Virus record (IMG/VR): IMGVR_UViG_3300032085_001238
Strand: one strand, 5' to 3'
DNA length: 54,965 nt
DNA from: an uncultured virus (IMG/VR IMGVR_UViG_3300032085_001238)
Lineage: Duplodnaviria; Heunggongvirae; Uroviricota; Caudoviricetes
How positions within the stretch are numbered: position 1 is the first letter of the stretch; every line of letters starts with the position of its first letter. The translations under genes and the position numbers were made by a program. Below are positions 40,601 to 49,243 of the stretch, piece after piece. Under the pieces are notes generated by a model. That model saw only the letters and a program-made list of their open reading frames with translations. It had not been told where the DNA came from and did not search any database.

Positions 40601-41049
40601 ACAGTAATGTCACCATCAACTAAATCGTGTACTTGTGTAAATAATTTAGTTACTTTTTTTAATTCTAATTTTTTTGTATGAACATTGTAAGAAAGAACTT
40701 TTTCACCAATTTTAATGTCTTCAATGTTTTTTTCCAAACCATTTGACATTTTGACTTTTGTTCCAGCAACGAAACATTCTTGATTACCACCACCACCATC
40801 TGGTCCACCACCTCCAGCAACATCACCATCACCAGTTTCTCCATCTAAACCACCTAAACCATTTCCATTACCATTATGTTTATGATTATGATGATGATGA
40901 CCATCATTATTGTGACCATCATTAGGTCTCGGTCTAGGTCTAGGTCTTGGTGTTATTTCCCCATCACCAATACCACCAAAGCCACCCTCTTCAGTTCTAT
41001 TTGTAAGTCCGCTTGGATTTATTTTATTATTATTATTTTCGTCAGCCAT
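34633..41049 (-). CDS. Giant acidic virion protein (2138 aa) with Hint domain, PKD-like and CBM-like segments
   Basis: Hint at aa 92-254; VDWGDGS...HTYEKSGTYEV is PKD-like; GCFDPGADNY...DDGSCTY motif. Confidence 0.7.
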   Translation of the reverse strand: MADENNNNKINPSGLTNRTEEGGFGGIGDGEITPRPRPRPRPNDGHNNDGHHHHNHKHNGNGNGLGGLDGETGDGDVAGGGGPDGGGGNQECFVAGTKVKMSNGLEKNIEDIKIGEKVLSYNVHTKKLELKKVTKLFTQVHDLVDGDITVKTKFNNGVETHNTIANPFWSKDKVFVAADAERCNRLHKWVKQSNKGKDTEQLKVGDTLYHYNGEELQEVMVTEIEHIVEPYIRTYDITIEDNHTFFANGILTHNSGGDAGDTPDDSINTYIRGCFDPGADNYYCDDPDIPTPCYEGCPPDADACLDDGSCTYGGVDTTYSDAPNLLCCLSNTHDGTVRYGGEFPFSDVESITELYYGDSELNVGNVYNAEACNQVDCSIQEFDDEQNLIPKVHFDGHCVNSLGTHGRFGHNIVFDYYYDTILRNFDYNDEGEGDITTPSLYHYPFVRTRFDFDDSSESNAIEYNRDVENENRYFEPITHTSVVDEDTWDDFNDGLNNGDSVIFGDAEYDIGVLNEVFDRFQTGVDKDGTELYNLPIYRELSCQDIENNAGIVVGDYTGKKEDYDLGIGFTKSPFSSGDIPEVDNETYTLGDSHSKGIDFCGGDALVTEAFQILFDKPLYFRIIMNIFANHPIETWFRSITEDTQIPNPTDGFGLDSSGVDDIIATIEGEEYIKDVFINDEKLNRDVLIRIGFPLPPISFNEMDCAGIRGSYLQLVDEFIGEVEALTFFADFQIPNVEIEPTMKNELDVLSGIDLREDGLNACDYIEFMTLPGGNADGDGIYYKGMDIPPIYFDAPYDGNAGDTEAEDMTKEQYVRTFDCNTELNNNINFSKMRAVCKDGSSVEMAQAGIQGNGSVTINYEDPTEAFFNTGVEACNSILKLNSSQELYYLSDNDGKESLGIFFYDSENKLSENFINDKDESFEQYVYKNGIKNGNGRDVGYTYTDASWNNLGWGQIYEAENWTLIDSVATDFSLNHYSNNISPYWRASYLECFSHNKCIVVDTLKPLIQNGVSGYDPRQGLTTFIDRDDLPEIARRKKQKFKLSFMMKTIDLGVGVDLKNTGIHTVLEFDNSKVSNQNKSFAESKIETKEYKTSQCSPYGKNPNHYSAILTEDRYCKQTRASFTNNKINEWQKMEYVFEVNTDNNLNSYKGINLYLTPLDYAKFEGDLYTETNDDLSYLEDNASVILIDNVEFKEAYDFHPDVDVRKKKGTNDYGLVSLTEYYDRFKPTTNPDKVIEEFNDTTAPLEVQFYFYPRFPYDNTLSPNREILLEEFEFKQFYISDVDWGDGSPIEFTTEPKNIGTDVAVYHTYEKSGTYEVQGTMFITVAEEYSYSLNPGDREYNGNLGVGYNKKFRIKININEGLDEDFTYFGTDGFSFIPYKNTLPLIGGYSEQSIYYKSLKRNLGIIDTTTFNNLLVESELLTKDFHGYNGTDGANTSAIEVELGGEDGWYKTLRVNELTGNTNTEFLMSNNVPVIPGVTYVESFDLKHDGTIDSLDITFWNSTNEHREVSAIIEDLGIDNDGNFHKRVSAQFTTEDGDIKIRAIDFKNVNDDIDGDFTFLAVKNIRFYSLEDLSNTSLVDVNYKRISDRLQTELAFQKMDDSYNDSGAFDILNYYQTPLEITENTSDEYLATLPFPRYFQEFDILDENELTVETYNRWVFEGRPDIAEVVLHNMSEERAQIGIVGIKNIGMGFNVTLVKPFDDYNSMPLNYELFDQPLLELAISTYACATVFGGDGDFNGGDYAVTQAVGTAIDDDGGEWETFDCIVTNIDEERNVNLPTISESDTYNPPEVYINPTIERQTEQYTGKQFSSLKEQLGKSIGDLDITSIKYYDTPKSIWELLGFEEEDLEQIGTPDNSRYWKNIIPEDYSIYNREGININSSPIIDPKPFYEFEEILSPEYFSGDVIGQLVCAQGDENCQSKYVNGAEAYAEAAGEGFNCPGSYSTEEGTFCNNIDKIYPNTNYNLMTFIPGTVEFCHPLLGCTGFDKGEGIMLEGPMNYDQNDFNVIYTGPFMSFNIVSFAMVVDTYSQQEWLNNYYYPVLPRYGLDGKFIEDDFPNDNIPFSLEGNITDEYEKNQNLLTNLSVDMIDTNVLNDGSGENNKGFVISDYKPKSDIETLENKKIKNMIVMKHKKSNGAF
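40288..40776 (-). other. Hint (mini-intein/BIL/PT-HINT-like) domain, 163 aa
   Basis: Block A CFVAGTKVKM..G.EKNIEDIKIGEKVLS; blocks F/G TYDITIEDNHTFFANGILTHN followed by Ser; no endonuclease domain. Confidence 0.9.
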
Positions 41050-41060
41050 TGTTTAAATCC

Positions 41061-42632
41061 CTATGATTTAAAACCACGAGCTCGTAGTAAATCTGATTTT
41101 GAAATAATTTCCACTTTACATCTGTTTCCGTAATCTGAGTTTACAACACTTTCACCTGTAGTTGGGTCTATATGATTTAACCAATAGTTTGTACTATGAC
41201 TTAAATCTATACCTGGTGGGTCGGTTAAAGGTGGTGTGTATGAACCATCCTCATCAACAGCAGGATTGAATGAAGCACATATGAAATACCATTCTTGAAA
41301 GTCTTCTGGTATGAATGTTGTTTGAGCTAATGCTATATCTCTTGTTACACTGCCAGGTAAAAGTGGGATGTCAGGTCTTTTTTGTCCACCACCTACACCA
41401 GTATGTGAATCTCTTAATACCCCATTATCCTCAACAACAAGTCTAACATAACGAGCAGTATTTGAATTTTCATATCTTGGTAAATAAATATCATTTGTTC
41501 CAGGATTATCTATTCTGTCTTGACAATAAATATCAAACTCACCCCAAGTGGTATGTACACCACCACCATGTGGATTAGGGTCATCCTTACCCAACACGTA
41601 GGTTTCTAATTTAAATCCAAATGGATTTTCATCTCTTAATGGATTTCCAAAATTAAACAATGTACCTTCTGATACCTTATCTAAAAATCTAACCCACATC
41701 GTGATAGTAAAACCCGTTGATAAATAATCTTGAGTGTTTGGATTTAATCCCTTTACAAATTCTTGATTTGTATTACGAATAATAATACCTTGATTTAAAT
41801 TTCTAAATTGTAAATATCCACTTGATTGATTTTCATACTTTGGTCTATCATCTTGTGGTAAAATAGGGTCTTCTAATATATCGGTTAGATAAGGAAGTAT
41901 TGTATTATAAATATCTTCAATGGTTCTTGTTGAATTTGTGTCATTGGCTGTACTTTTTAGTCTATGAACAAAAGCATCTTCCTCATCAATATTACTTTCA
42001 TCAGAATTATCTTGAGTATATGATATACTATTGTTTTGTTGATATTCTTCATCTCCAATCCAATTACCATTTTCATCTCTATCAACAGCCCCATCTTGTG
42101 GATTAATATCAAATTCAGGTGTTTCTGGTGGAAGTAGTGCGTTTAATTCTTGAAATAATCTAATAATTCTTGATTGTCGAGTATCACCACTTGGAAGTAA
42201 TTCATAAATATTTGTATCTAAAAATTCTTCAGCCCGTTCTATATCTACAATTGATTCTTTATTTTCTATCGGAATAAACTGACTTAAATTTAATGGATTA
42301 CCATCACCAATGACTAAATCAGTAATAGGTAAACCTCCATCTGGAAGTCCACCACCTACAATGGTTATGGTTACATTTTCATTTTGACCAAGAATATAAA
42401 TATTAAACCCAACAGAATCATCTATTTGGTCAGCTGCAGTTTGCAAATTGTCTTCTACATTCGCCTCAATATCTTTTTGAAATAGTGCTAATACATCACC
42501 ACCCGCTCCTGATTGTAATTGTCCGTTAAGAATAAATTTTTGATTATTTATAACATCTGTTGTATCAATACCATTGTGCTCTATTAAAGCTTCGGCTATT
42601 CTATCTAATAATTCTTCTACTGGAACTGGCAT
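41061..42632 (-). CDS. Virion protein with a LamG/concanavalin-like domain
   Basis: GFTITMWVRF...TLFNFG...WYFICASFN. Confidence 0.55.
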   Translation of the reverse strand: MPVPVEELLDRIAEALIEHNGIDTTDVINNQKFILNGQLQSGAGGDVLALFQKDIEANVEDNLQTAADQIDDSVGFNIYILGQNENVTITIVGGGLPDGGLPITDLVIGDGNPLNLSQFIPIENKESIVDIERAEEFLDTNIYELLPSGDTRQSRIIRLFQELNALLPPETPEFDINPQDGAVDRDENGNWIGDEEYQQNNSISYTQDNSDESNIDEEDAFVHRLKSTANDTNSTRTIEDIYNTILPYLTDILEDPILPQDDRPKYENQSSGYLQFRNLNQGIIIRNTNQEFVKGLNPNTQDYLSTGFTITMWVRFLDKVSEGTLFNFGNPLRDENPFGFKLETYVLGKDDPNPHGGGVHTTWGEFDIYCQDRIDNPGTNDIYLPRYENSNTARYVRLVVEDNGVLRDSHTGVGGGQKRPDIPLLPGSVTRDIALAQTTFIPEDFQEWYFICASFNPAVDEDGSYTPPLTDPPGIDLSHSTNYWLNHIDPTTGESVVNSDYGNRCKVEIISKSDLLRARGFKS

Positions 42633-42634
42633 AT

Positions 42635-43762
42635 TTATTTCCTTTTAACTATAAATTCAAAATCATCATCAAACACTTGTTCTTGTCCATCATCATATTT
42701 TAATTTTAACAATATTTTATAAACTCTATCAGGATAAAATCCATCCAAATATTGAATAAAATAATTTGAATTACTATCACAACTAAGTTTTGTATAACTT
42801 GTTCCTGTTAAATCTTTAAATGGAACAATAAATTCATCAGTAGCAACATCTTTAATCGCATATGAACCACTACTATTAGTTATGTATGAACCAGTCAAAG
42901 TTTGAACTGAAGTAGTAAAGGATTTTTGAATATATCTTTTCCTAGCACCAACTCTAAACTTAACTCGTTCACCTACTTTATAACTTTCTCTTAATCCTTT
43001 CATATATAAAAAGTTATCTACTAATCCACTCATTGTTAATTCATTTAATGAACCAGTAGAGAATGATGAATCATCCCACCTGACTTCAAGTTTTGGTGAA
43101 AAAATTGTATGAGTGTTTCTTGAAAAGAATTTTAAATGTCCAAAAGTAGTTTCATCTGTTTCTTGACTACCACTAAAACGAACTAACATTCCATAATTTT
43201 CTCCTCTACCTTCTAACCACATATTCATCATATCTGTTACTTCAACATTTACATCTGGTGATTGGTTTGAAAAAGTTTGAGTAGATGAACTTACAGAGTA
43301 TATAGATACACCTTGATTGTTAGTACCATCAGCTTTACTCCAAGTTAAAGCATTACCCCCAATTGGATTACTACGATTTTCCCAACTACATCCATTTGTT
43401 GTTTTTGGATTGTCTCCAAACTTACCAGTACCCTCAACCCAAGATTGTGAGATTGGTTGAATAGCTAATTTATATTCTTCAGTCATTTCTGCATTACCCT
43501 CAGCTTCAAACAACCTTAGATAATATTTAGCATTAGATGATATTGTACCATCAGCAACTGATTTTGATAGTTCAGTAAATTCCGTTCCACTAAAATTAAC
43601 CAATGCTCTTGTCTGATGGTCGAATGACGTGTTAAAAAATTCTTTTTTGACTTCAAGTATTTGGTCTCTTCCGAAGTTTTGGTCTTTGAAGGAAGTTCCA
43701 TCTATCTTACTACTACCACTTGAAATCCAATTGTCTTGTGTTGGAAAAATAAAATGATGCAT
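42635..43762 (-). CDS. DNRLRE-like domain virion protein
   Basis: RALVNF, YLRLF, PISQSWVEGTG, VEVTDMMNMW, NYGMLVR, FFSR...PKLEVRWDD. Confidence 0.65.
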   Translation of the reverse strand: MHHFIFPTQDNWISSGSSKIDGTSFKDQNFGRDQILEVKKEFFNTSFDHQTRALVNFSGTEFTELSKSVADGTISSNAKYYLRLFEAEGNAEMTEEYKLAIQPISQSWVEGTGKFGDNPKTTNGCSWENRSNPIGGNALTWSKADGTNNQGVSIYSVSSSTQTFSNQSPDVNVEVTDMMNMWLEGRGENYGMLVRFSGSQETDETTFGHLKFFSRNTHTIFSPKLEVRWDDSSFSTGSLNELTMSGLVDNFLYMKGLRESYKVGERVKFRVGARKRYIQKSFTTSVQTLTGSYITNSSGSYAIKDVATDEFIVPFKDLTGTSYTKLSCDSNSNYFIQYLDGFYPDRVYKILLKLKYDDGQEQVFDDDFEFIVKRK

Positions 43763-45996
43763 TATCTAACCCTCCCTTCTATGTTTTCGTTTGGATTTTT
43801 TAATTCAAATACAGCTGGGTTATCTGTAGTTGGTGGTAATACAATTGTACCATCATCTGAAAGAGCAGTTGCAAAATTATATTTAAAACCATAACCAGCT
43901 GTTCCCTCTCCACCTGATTGGTCTATAAATTCATCTCCTTCACGAGAATATGTGTATGTGGGTGAAGTTAATGATTCACCATCACCACTGTCTTCTAAAT
44001 AAAAATAATCATAATCTTGAGTAAGGGTTACATGCCCAATAGAACGAACTCCCTCTACACCCATTAATTCAAATTCTAAATTACTTTTATAAATTGGTTG
44101 ATTGAATTGCATGTTTTCTATTCTAAAATAATCTTTAATTTTTTGAATACAATCTAATTTTACTTTTTGTTTGTTTGCATATTTTTCAGCAACCACATCA
44201 AATATAACGCCAAAGTTTACAATGTACCCATCATTGATTGTTACAGTATCAGTCATTATTTTAAAGTTTTCTAAATAATTTTTTATGTTTGATGTTAAAG
44301 TTGTTGGTAGGCCTACACTACTGAAATGAGTGTTACCAACTAATTGTTTTTTATTATTGTATCCCAATACATAAATGTTTATTGTTCCTAATTCTAATTC
44401 TCTAGCTAAATTACTTATATCAGGTTGTTCAATATCGTCAATCTCTGATGCTAGAATGGCATCCAATCCAGAAATCACTGTTTCGATATTGCCTGTCCCA
44501 TTGATTAAGTTGTTTAAATTTAATGTAAATTGTGGTGAATTAAGGTAGTCTCGGAAAAAAGTAACACCACTATCTATATCATTAAAATAGTTTTGTAATT
44601 GTGTTAAATTAGAATCACCAAGAATTTCAGGAGCTTCTCTTGTCACATATGCTTTTGCTATGTTTCCAAACTTACTTGGTATGTTTAACACCCTAGCTTC
44701 ATAATCTTCTTTAGTCACACATCTGTTTTGTGTTGTGAAAAATGCTTTGGCTTTTTCTTTTATTTCAATTGTATCTTCTTCATCCTTACCACCACGAGCT
44801 GGATTATTGTTTGTTACACTTGTTAAAGTTGCAGTACCAAGAGCTGGTGTAATAGCTGTAATATCACTTACACCAGTTGTCAAATCTACACCTGGAACAT
44901 TTGAATTAATCCCACCACCTACACGATAAGTGATTGTTAAAGTTGTGTTGTTTGGTGTTTCACCAAGTGTTGAATATTCATTACCCAATAATGGGTCAAT
45001 AGATTGATTTAAATCATTTGTCTGTCCAGGTATTACAATACCAACTTGTTCCATATCAATATATCCCTGGTCAATAGTACCATCTGTACCATCTTTCAAC
45101 ACACCATTACCAAACACTAATGAAGTTGTATTGTCTTGATTTGTTTCACGAGTAAATCTTTTTGGTGAATTAATATAAGTTAATGAAAAAGGAACAGCAG
45201 TACCTGAATCCAATCCACCCTCCGCATCAGCATATGCTGAGGCTCTATTTATGTCGTCTGTATAGTGAATTTGAATTGGAACTTTATCTTGTGCTAAAAA
45301 GTCAACCTCATACCAATTATTATTATTTGAATCCACACAAGAAATAATATCAATAACATTTGTATCAGGTATGATTAATGTTTTAAATTTTTCAGGTACT
45401 CCAACTTGGAATGTAATTGTTTTTTGAGTTGCACTCATAGCTCTTACAGTTCTTGATAAAGTATAAGTTTCTGCTAAACCACTAATAGCGTTTGTAGAGC
45501 CAATTGTATTAGTATCACTGTCATCTTCAATTCTAAAATCAATTGGTTCTAATGTTTCAAAAGTAATATTAGAATCAGTCGATGATACTACCCCAATACC
45601 AGCATCAAATACACCCGCGTGATTATAATTTACTTTTGATGCATCACCACTACTTACATTTACATCTGACTTAAATGTTAAATCAACATAAGCAGGAACA
45701 ATTGGTTTTACTTTATAACCAAACATCTTAGCCATTGTGATTATGTTTCTTCTTTCTTCAGCCAAAGGTAATAACATTTCACGATATTGTTGGTCAACAT
45801 AAAATGATAACACATCACCAACATACGCATTCATTTCCAATAACATCATACCAGGTGATGTCTCATTAAAATCACGATATGTATTTGGAAAATAAGATTT
45901 AGCATAATTCATCAATGATTGTTTTAATGCTCCAAAATCTTTATTTAAATAATTTACATTTGATTCTTTAAAATTTTCTTTACCATAATTTGGCAT
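43762..45996 (-). CDS. Baseplate wedge subunit, T4 gp6-like
   Basis: DFGALKQSL..Y...F..Y.DFN..SPGMMLLEM.AYVGD.LSFY; FGY; VFGNG; YRVGGG..SN; QNRCVT.EDY. Confidence 0.85.
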   Translation of the reverse strand: MPNYGKENFKESNVNYLNKDFGALKQSLMNYAKSYFPNTYRDFNETSPGMMLLEMNAYVGDVLSFYVDQQYREMLLPLAEERRNIITMAKMFGYKVKPIVPAYVDLTFKSDVNVSSGDASKVNYNHAGVFDAGIGVVSSTDSNITFETLEPIDFRIEDDSDTNTIGSTNAISGLAETYTLSRTVRAMSATQKTITFQVGVPEKFKTLIIPDTNVIDIISCVDSNNNNWYEVDFLAQDKVPIQIHYTDDINRASAYADAEGGLDSGTAVPFSLTYINSPKRFTRETNQDNTTSLVFGNGVLKDGTDGTIDQGYIDMEQVGIVIPGQTNDLNQSIDPLLGNEYSTLGETPNNTTLTITYRVGGGINSNVPGVDLTTGVSDITAITPALGTATLTSVTNNNPARGGKDEEDTIEIKEKAKAFFTTQNRCVTKEDYEARVLNIPSKFGNIAKAYVTREAPEILGDSNLTQLQNYFNDIDSGVTFFRDYLNSPQFTLNLNNLINGTGNIETVISGLDAILASEIDDIEQPDISNLARELELGTINIYVLGYNNKKQLVGNTHFSSVGLPTTLTSNIKNYLENFKIMTDTVTINDGYIVNFGVIFDVVAEKYANKQKVKLDCIQKIKDYFRIENMQFNQPIYKSNLEFELMGVEGVRSIGHVTLTQDYDYFYLEDSGDGESLTSPTYTYSREGDEFIDQSGGEGTAGYGFKYNFATALSDDGTIVLPPTTDNPAVFELKNPNENIEGRVR

Positions 45997-46009
45997 TTGT
46001 TATCTCCAA

Positions 46010-46501
46010 TTAATATCCACCACCACTTGATGTATTTGATTCAATCTCTGATATATCACTACTAAAATCTAAAGTGATAGAATCCAAAGTATTTGGGTCT
46101 TGTTTAATGTTAAATAATATTTTAACTCTTATTTCATTTGCTCCTACATCTGTATTGTTATCTCTACTTAAAACTTGAATATCTCTTACTTCAACAAAAG
46201 GTAACCAAAATTCTATTTTATCTAATATAGCATCTTGTACACCAATTAAATTTTCATTGGTGATATGTTCAAATAACAATGTTCTTAAATTTAAACCTAA
46301 GTTTGGTTGAAAAAATCTTTCACCCTCATTTGTTTGTAACAAATTTCTTATATTGTTTTTTACAGCTTCAATGGTTGTTGAAGTTGTTGCAAAAAATCCA
46401 TCTTGTTCAGCACCCCTACGAATTGGTAAATCAATACCAACTTTAACATTGGTATCATTGTCTTGAATAAAAGGTTTTTTTGATATATCTTTAATAGCCA
46501 T
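46010..46501 (-). CDS. Baseplate protein, gp25/GPW-like
   Basis: AVKNNIRNLLQTNEGERFFQPNLG...I..WLPFV.V..I. Confidence 0.85.
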   Translation of the reverse strand: MAIKDISKKPFIQDNDTNVKVGIDLPIRRGAEQDGFFATTSTTIEAVKNNIRNLLQTNEGERFFQPNLGLNLRTLLFEHITNENLIGVQDAILDKIEFWLPFVEVRDIQVLSRDNNTDVGANEIRVKILFNIKQDPNTLDSITLDFSSDISEIESNTSSGGGY

Positions 46502-47043
46502 TACATTAGTCCTTCAAGGTCTTCAAGTGATAAATTTACAGTTGTATTATCTCTTTGACCATCTTCATCTTCAACATCAAAATTTTCCACAGAGTCCGGG
46601 TCTTCACCAATAACCACATAACCAACACAATCCAAACCACCATTATCTTTTCCTAAATCTAATCCAGCCAAAGCAGCTCCACCTTGTAATAAAGGTCTTA
46701 TGGCCTTTTCAATTTCACTCTCTAATTTATCTACAATTTCACCTATAGCTGGTATTGGTAGTTTTCTTAAAGCTTTTAAAATAGGAGCTTTATCTCCTAA
46801 CAATGTTTCTAATTTAATATTTACAACTTGGTCAGGTGTTTTTAAACTCTCAACCACAACGGGTGCTCTAAATTTTGTTATAGTTAAGTTAGCTTCAGAC
46901 AATGTTTCAAGAATAGCTCTAGCAGTGTAGTCAGCTTCTAAATAAATAGCCGAATTTTCACTCGTATCTAATTCAATAGATTCTTGTAATGATTCTTGTA
47001 ATGCATCTACTTTAGCATCAATTAATTTTTGTCTTAATCCCAT
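46501..47043 (-). CDS. Hypothetical protein in the baseplate operon
   Basis: 180-aa ORF, translationally coupled to the gp25-like gene. Confidence 0.7.
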   Translation of the reverse strand: MGLRQKLIDAKVDALQESLQESIELDTSENSAIYLEADYTARAILETLSEANLTITKFRAPVVVESLKTPDQVVNIKLETLLGDKAPILKALRKLPIPAIGEIVDKLESEIEKAIRPLLQGGAALAGLDLGKDNGGLDCVGYVVIGEDPDSVENFDVEDEDGQRDNTTVNLSLEDLEGLM

Positions 47044-47046
47044 TAT

Positions 47047-47445
47047 TTATTTTCCGTATTTTTGTTTTTGTTTTTGTTCAGCTTTTTCTAAAACTTCACT
47101 ATAATCTTTATTTAAAAACTGACTCATTGGGTCACTTGATGGAACAGCTTGTGGTGTATTTTTATTCATCATATCACCATATTGTTTACCCATCAATTCA
47201 CTCATTCTATCAGTTGTAAATTCTTTACCACCTAATGTTTTCCAATCATCTCCATTAGCTGTTTCATTCAATACATCATTTAATACTGAATTATTTGTAA
47301 ATGATTTTTTTTCAATTATTTTTTTAGGTTGTGGTTGAGATTGAGTTGGTTGTTTTAATTCAGTTATCACTTCCTTGATAGCCATCGCAACTTCTTCTCT
47401 AACGATTTGTCTGATTATCTGTTTTGTTGTTTTTTTCTTTTTCAT
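47047..47445 (-). CDS. Hypothetical protein
   Basis: 132 aa, GAGG SD; IIRQIVREEV N-terminal motif. Confidence 0.7.
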   Translation of the reverse strand: MKKKKTTKQIIRQIVREEVAMAIKEVITELKQPTQSQPQPKKIIEKKSFTNNSVLNDVLNETANGDDWKTLGGKEFTTDRMSELMGKQYGDMMNKNTPQAVPSSDPMSQFLNKDYSEVLEKAEQKQKQKYGK

Positions 47446-47460
47446 AATTACCTCTTATTT

Positions 47461-48822
47461 TTATGTATTACTTTCTATATTATGTTTAGCACTCAACATA
47501 GTTTCAATTATTGGTATTATTTCATTTTGAATTGCAACTGCTAATGGTTCTCCGGGTGATATATCACCAGCAAACTTACCAACAGTAAGTGGTGTCTGAA
47601 TACCTAAACTTGTAAGGACCTGTAATCTACCCATAAATTCAACAATTGTTTGTAATACATCGAATAAATCATTACCTAACACCATTTGTTGCATATCTTT
47701 TCTTGAAGGATTACCGATATTAAAATTTGATGTTTGAAAAATAACACTATCCGTATTATTTACTTCATCCCCTCCAGCTGTTGTAAATGTTAAATGTCTA
47801 CCAGCACCAATGTGTATGTCTTTAATTGATGATACAAAAATATCATCAAGTTTTGAATTTAAAGTTATTCTATCTGAATGAAATAATATTTGATTACCAT
47901 CAATACCTTTTTGTATGGTGGATACAGTTCCTGTTCCATCTTCATTAACTACTTCTTTATCTTGAAATTCTGAACCATAAAGATATATATCACTACCACC
48001 ATTTAAATCAGTAAACACATCACCTATTGTATTTGATGAATTGGTTAGACTATCAACTGATAATCCAAATTCAACATCATTGTTATCATCATCAACAAGG
48101 CCATCAAAATGTTGTCTTAATGTTCCATTCGATGTTATACTGATTAAACTACCATCACTTATACTTTCAAACTTATTACTTGGATTTCTTTTATTAGATA
48201 TAAACATATATGGATTATTACTACGACTTCCAATTCTTAAACTATTTCCATGCCTACCTTCAATCAATGTATCACCAGTTGTTTCAAAAATAGCATTACC
48301 ATAATCTAATTCTTCTTTTCTTCTTTTAGCCATTCTATCATAAGTTACATCTCTATTAAAATTTGGCCCCTCTCCTCTTATCCCTCTTGGAGACACTTTA
48401 CCCAAAGTATCATCCGAACCACCAAATGAAAATAATGGGTCAGGTCTAAATGATGGGTCATCATTCCAAGTAGCATTATTATTATCAGTATTCAGAGGAC
48501 CTAAATAATATTTTATTTTACCAATAGTACACAACAATACTGGGTCTCCTTTAGATGGTACATCATTCATTGTTCTTAATAAAGGATAATATCTATATTC
48601 TTCACCAGCACTAGCTCTTGTCTTATAGACTTTATCAGTGGCGTGGGGAAGAGCTATAATTGTATTTATACTATTTGGCCCATTATATCTTAAACTTTGT
48701 TCTGAATGTACAACTTCAGCACAATATCCAGGCACAAATTGTAAATAATAAGGAACACTTATAGGTTTACCAAGATTTCCTTTTGCAGTTAAATCTTCAT
48801 TTGTTGTAAATAAAGAGCCCAT
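47461..48822 (-). CDS. Baseplate hub/central spike-like protein (gp5/gpV-like, no lysozyme seen)
   Basis: OB-fold-like YPL....VP.KGD.V; GDTLIEGRHGNSLRIGS; QI..HSDRITLNSK; VLGN; upstream of gp25/gp6. Confidence 0.55.
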   Translation of the reverse strand: MGSLFTTNEDLTAKGNLGKPISVPYYLQFVPGYCAEVVHSEQSLRYNGPNSINTIIALPHATDKVYKTRASAGEEYRYYPLLRTMNDVPSKGDPVLLCTIGKIKYYLGPLNTDNNNATWNDDPSFRPDPLFSFGGSDDTLGKVSPRGIRGEGPNFNRDVTYDRMAKRRKEELDYGNAIFETTGDTLIEGRHGNSLRIGSRSNNPYMFISNKRNPSNKFESISDGSLISITSNGTLRQHFDGLVDDDNNDVEFGLSVDSLTNSSNTIGDVFTDLNGGSDIYLYGSEFQDKEVVNEDGTGTVSTIQKGIDGNQILFHSDRITLNSKLDDIFVSSIKDIHIGAGRHLTFTTAGGDEVNNTDSVIFQTSNFNIGNPSRKDMQQMVLGNDLFDVLQTIVEFMGRLQVLTSLGIQTPLTVGKFAGDISPGEPLAVAIQNEIIPIIETMLSAKHNIESNT

Positions 48823-49220
48823 TAATTAGTCCCCAAATCAATTGTTTTGTTTTTTGTAGCCTCAAGTTTATCACTTTCTTTCTGTAAATCATTTACAGTA
48901 TCTTGAAGTGTTCCCATTAATTCTTCTTTTTCCTCATCACTTAATAACATTGACTCATCAGAGTCACCTTGTGATTTAGAAATAATTCTTTGCAATACAC
49001 CAGCTAATTTAACCAGATGTTCATCATTACGAACAGCAGTATCCATATATTCTTTTATGATAGGAGCTACCATAACCACATCATCTATGGTTGTAATGAA
49101 TCCGTGTATTTCTGATATTAACAAATCTATTTGAACTTTACGCTTTGTAGTGTTCTCATAGATGTCCTTTGTTAAATCTTGGAAAGTTTTTCCCTCAAAT
49201 ATTTCATTATTGTCTGACAT
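48822..49220 (-). CDS. Hypothetical helical protein, first gene of the baseplate operon
   Basis: 132 aa, AGGAGG SD, directly after the late motif. Confidence 0.75.
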   Translation of the reverse strand: MSDNNEIFEGKTFQDLTKDIYENTTKRKVQIDLLISEIHGFITTIDDVVMVAPIIKEYMDTAVRNDEHLVKLAGVLQRIISKSQGDSDESMLLSDEEKEELMGTLQDTVNDLQKESDKLEATKNKTIDLGTN

Positions 49221-49243
49221 AACACCTCCTATTAGATGTACTT

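Noticed and set aside
40288..40776. Homing-endonuclease-containing intein or polymorphic toxin
   Set aside because: Only 163 aa with no LAGLIDADG/HNH insert; no recognisable toxin tip or immunity gene follows
7164..43701. Short minus-strand out-of-frame ORFs nested in large genes (7164, 8571, 9519, 25038, 38160, 43516)
   Set aside because: 60-68 aa, fully nested, with no SD or motif; consistent with chance
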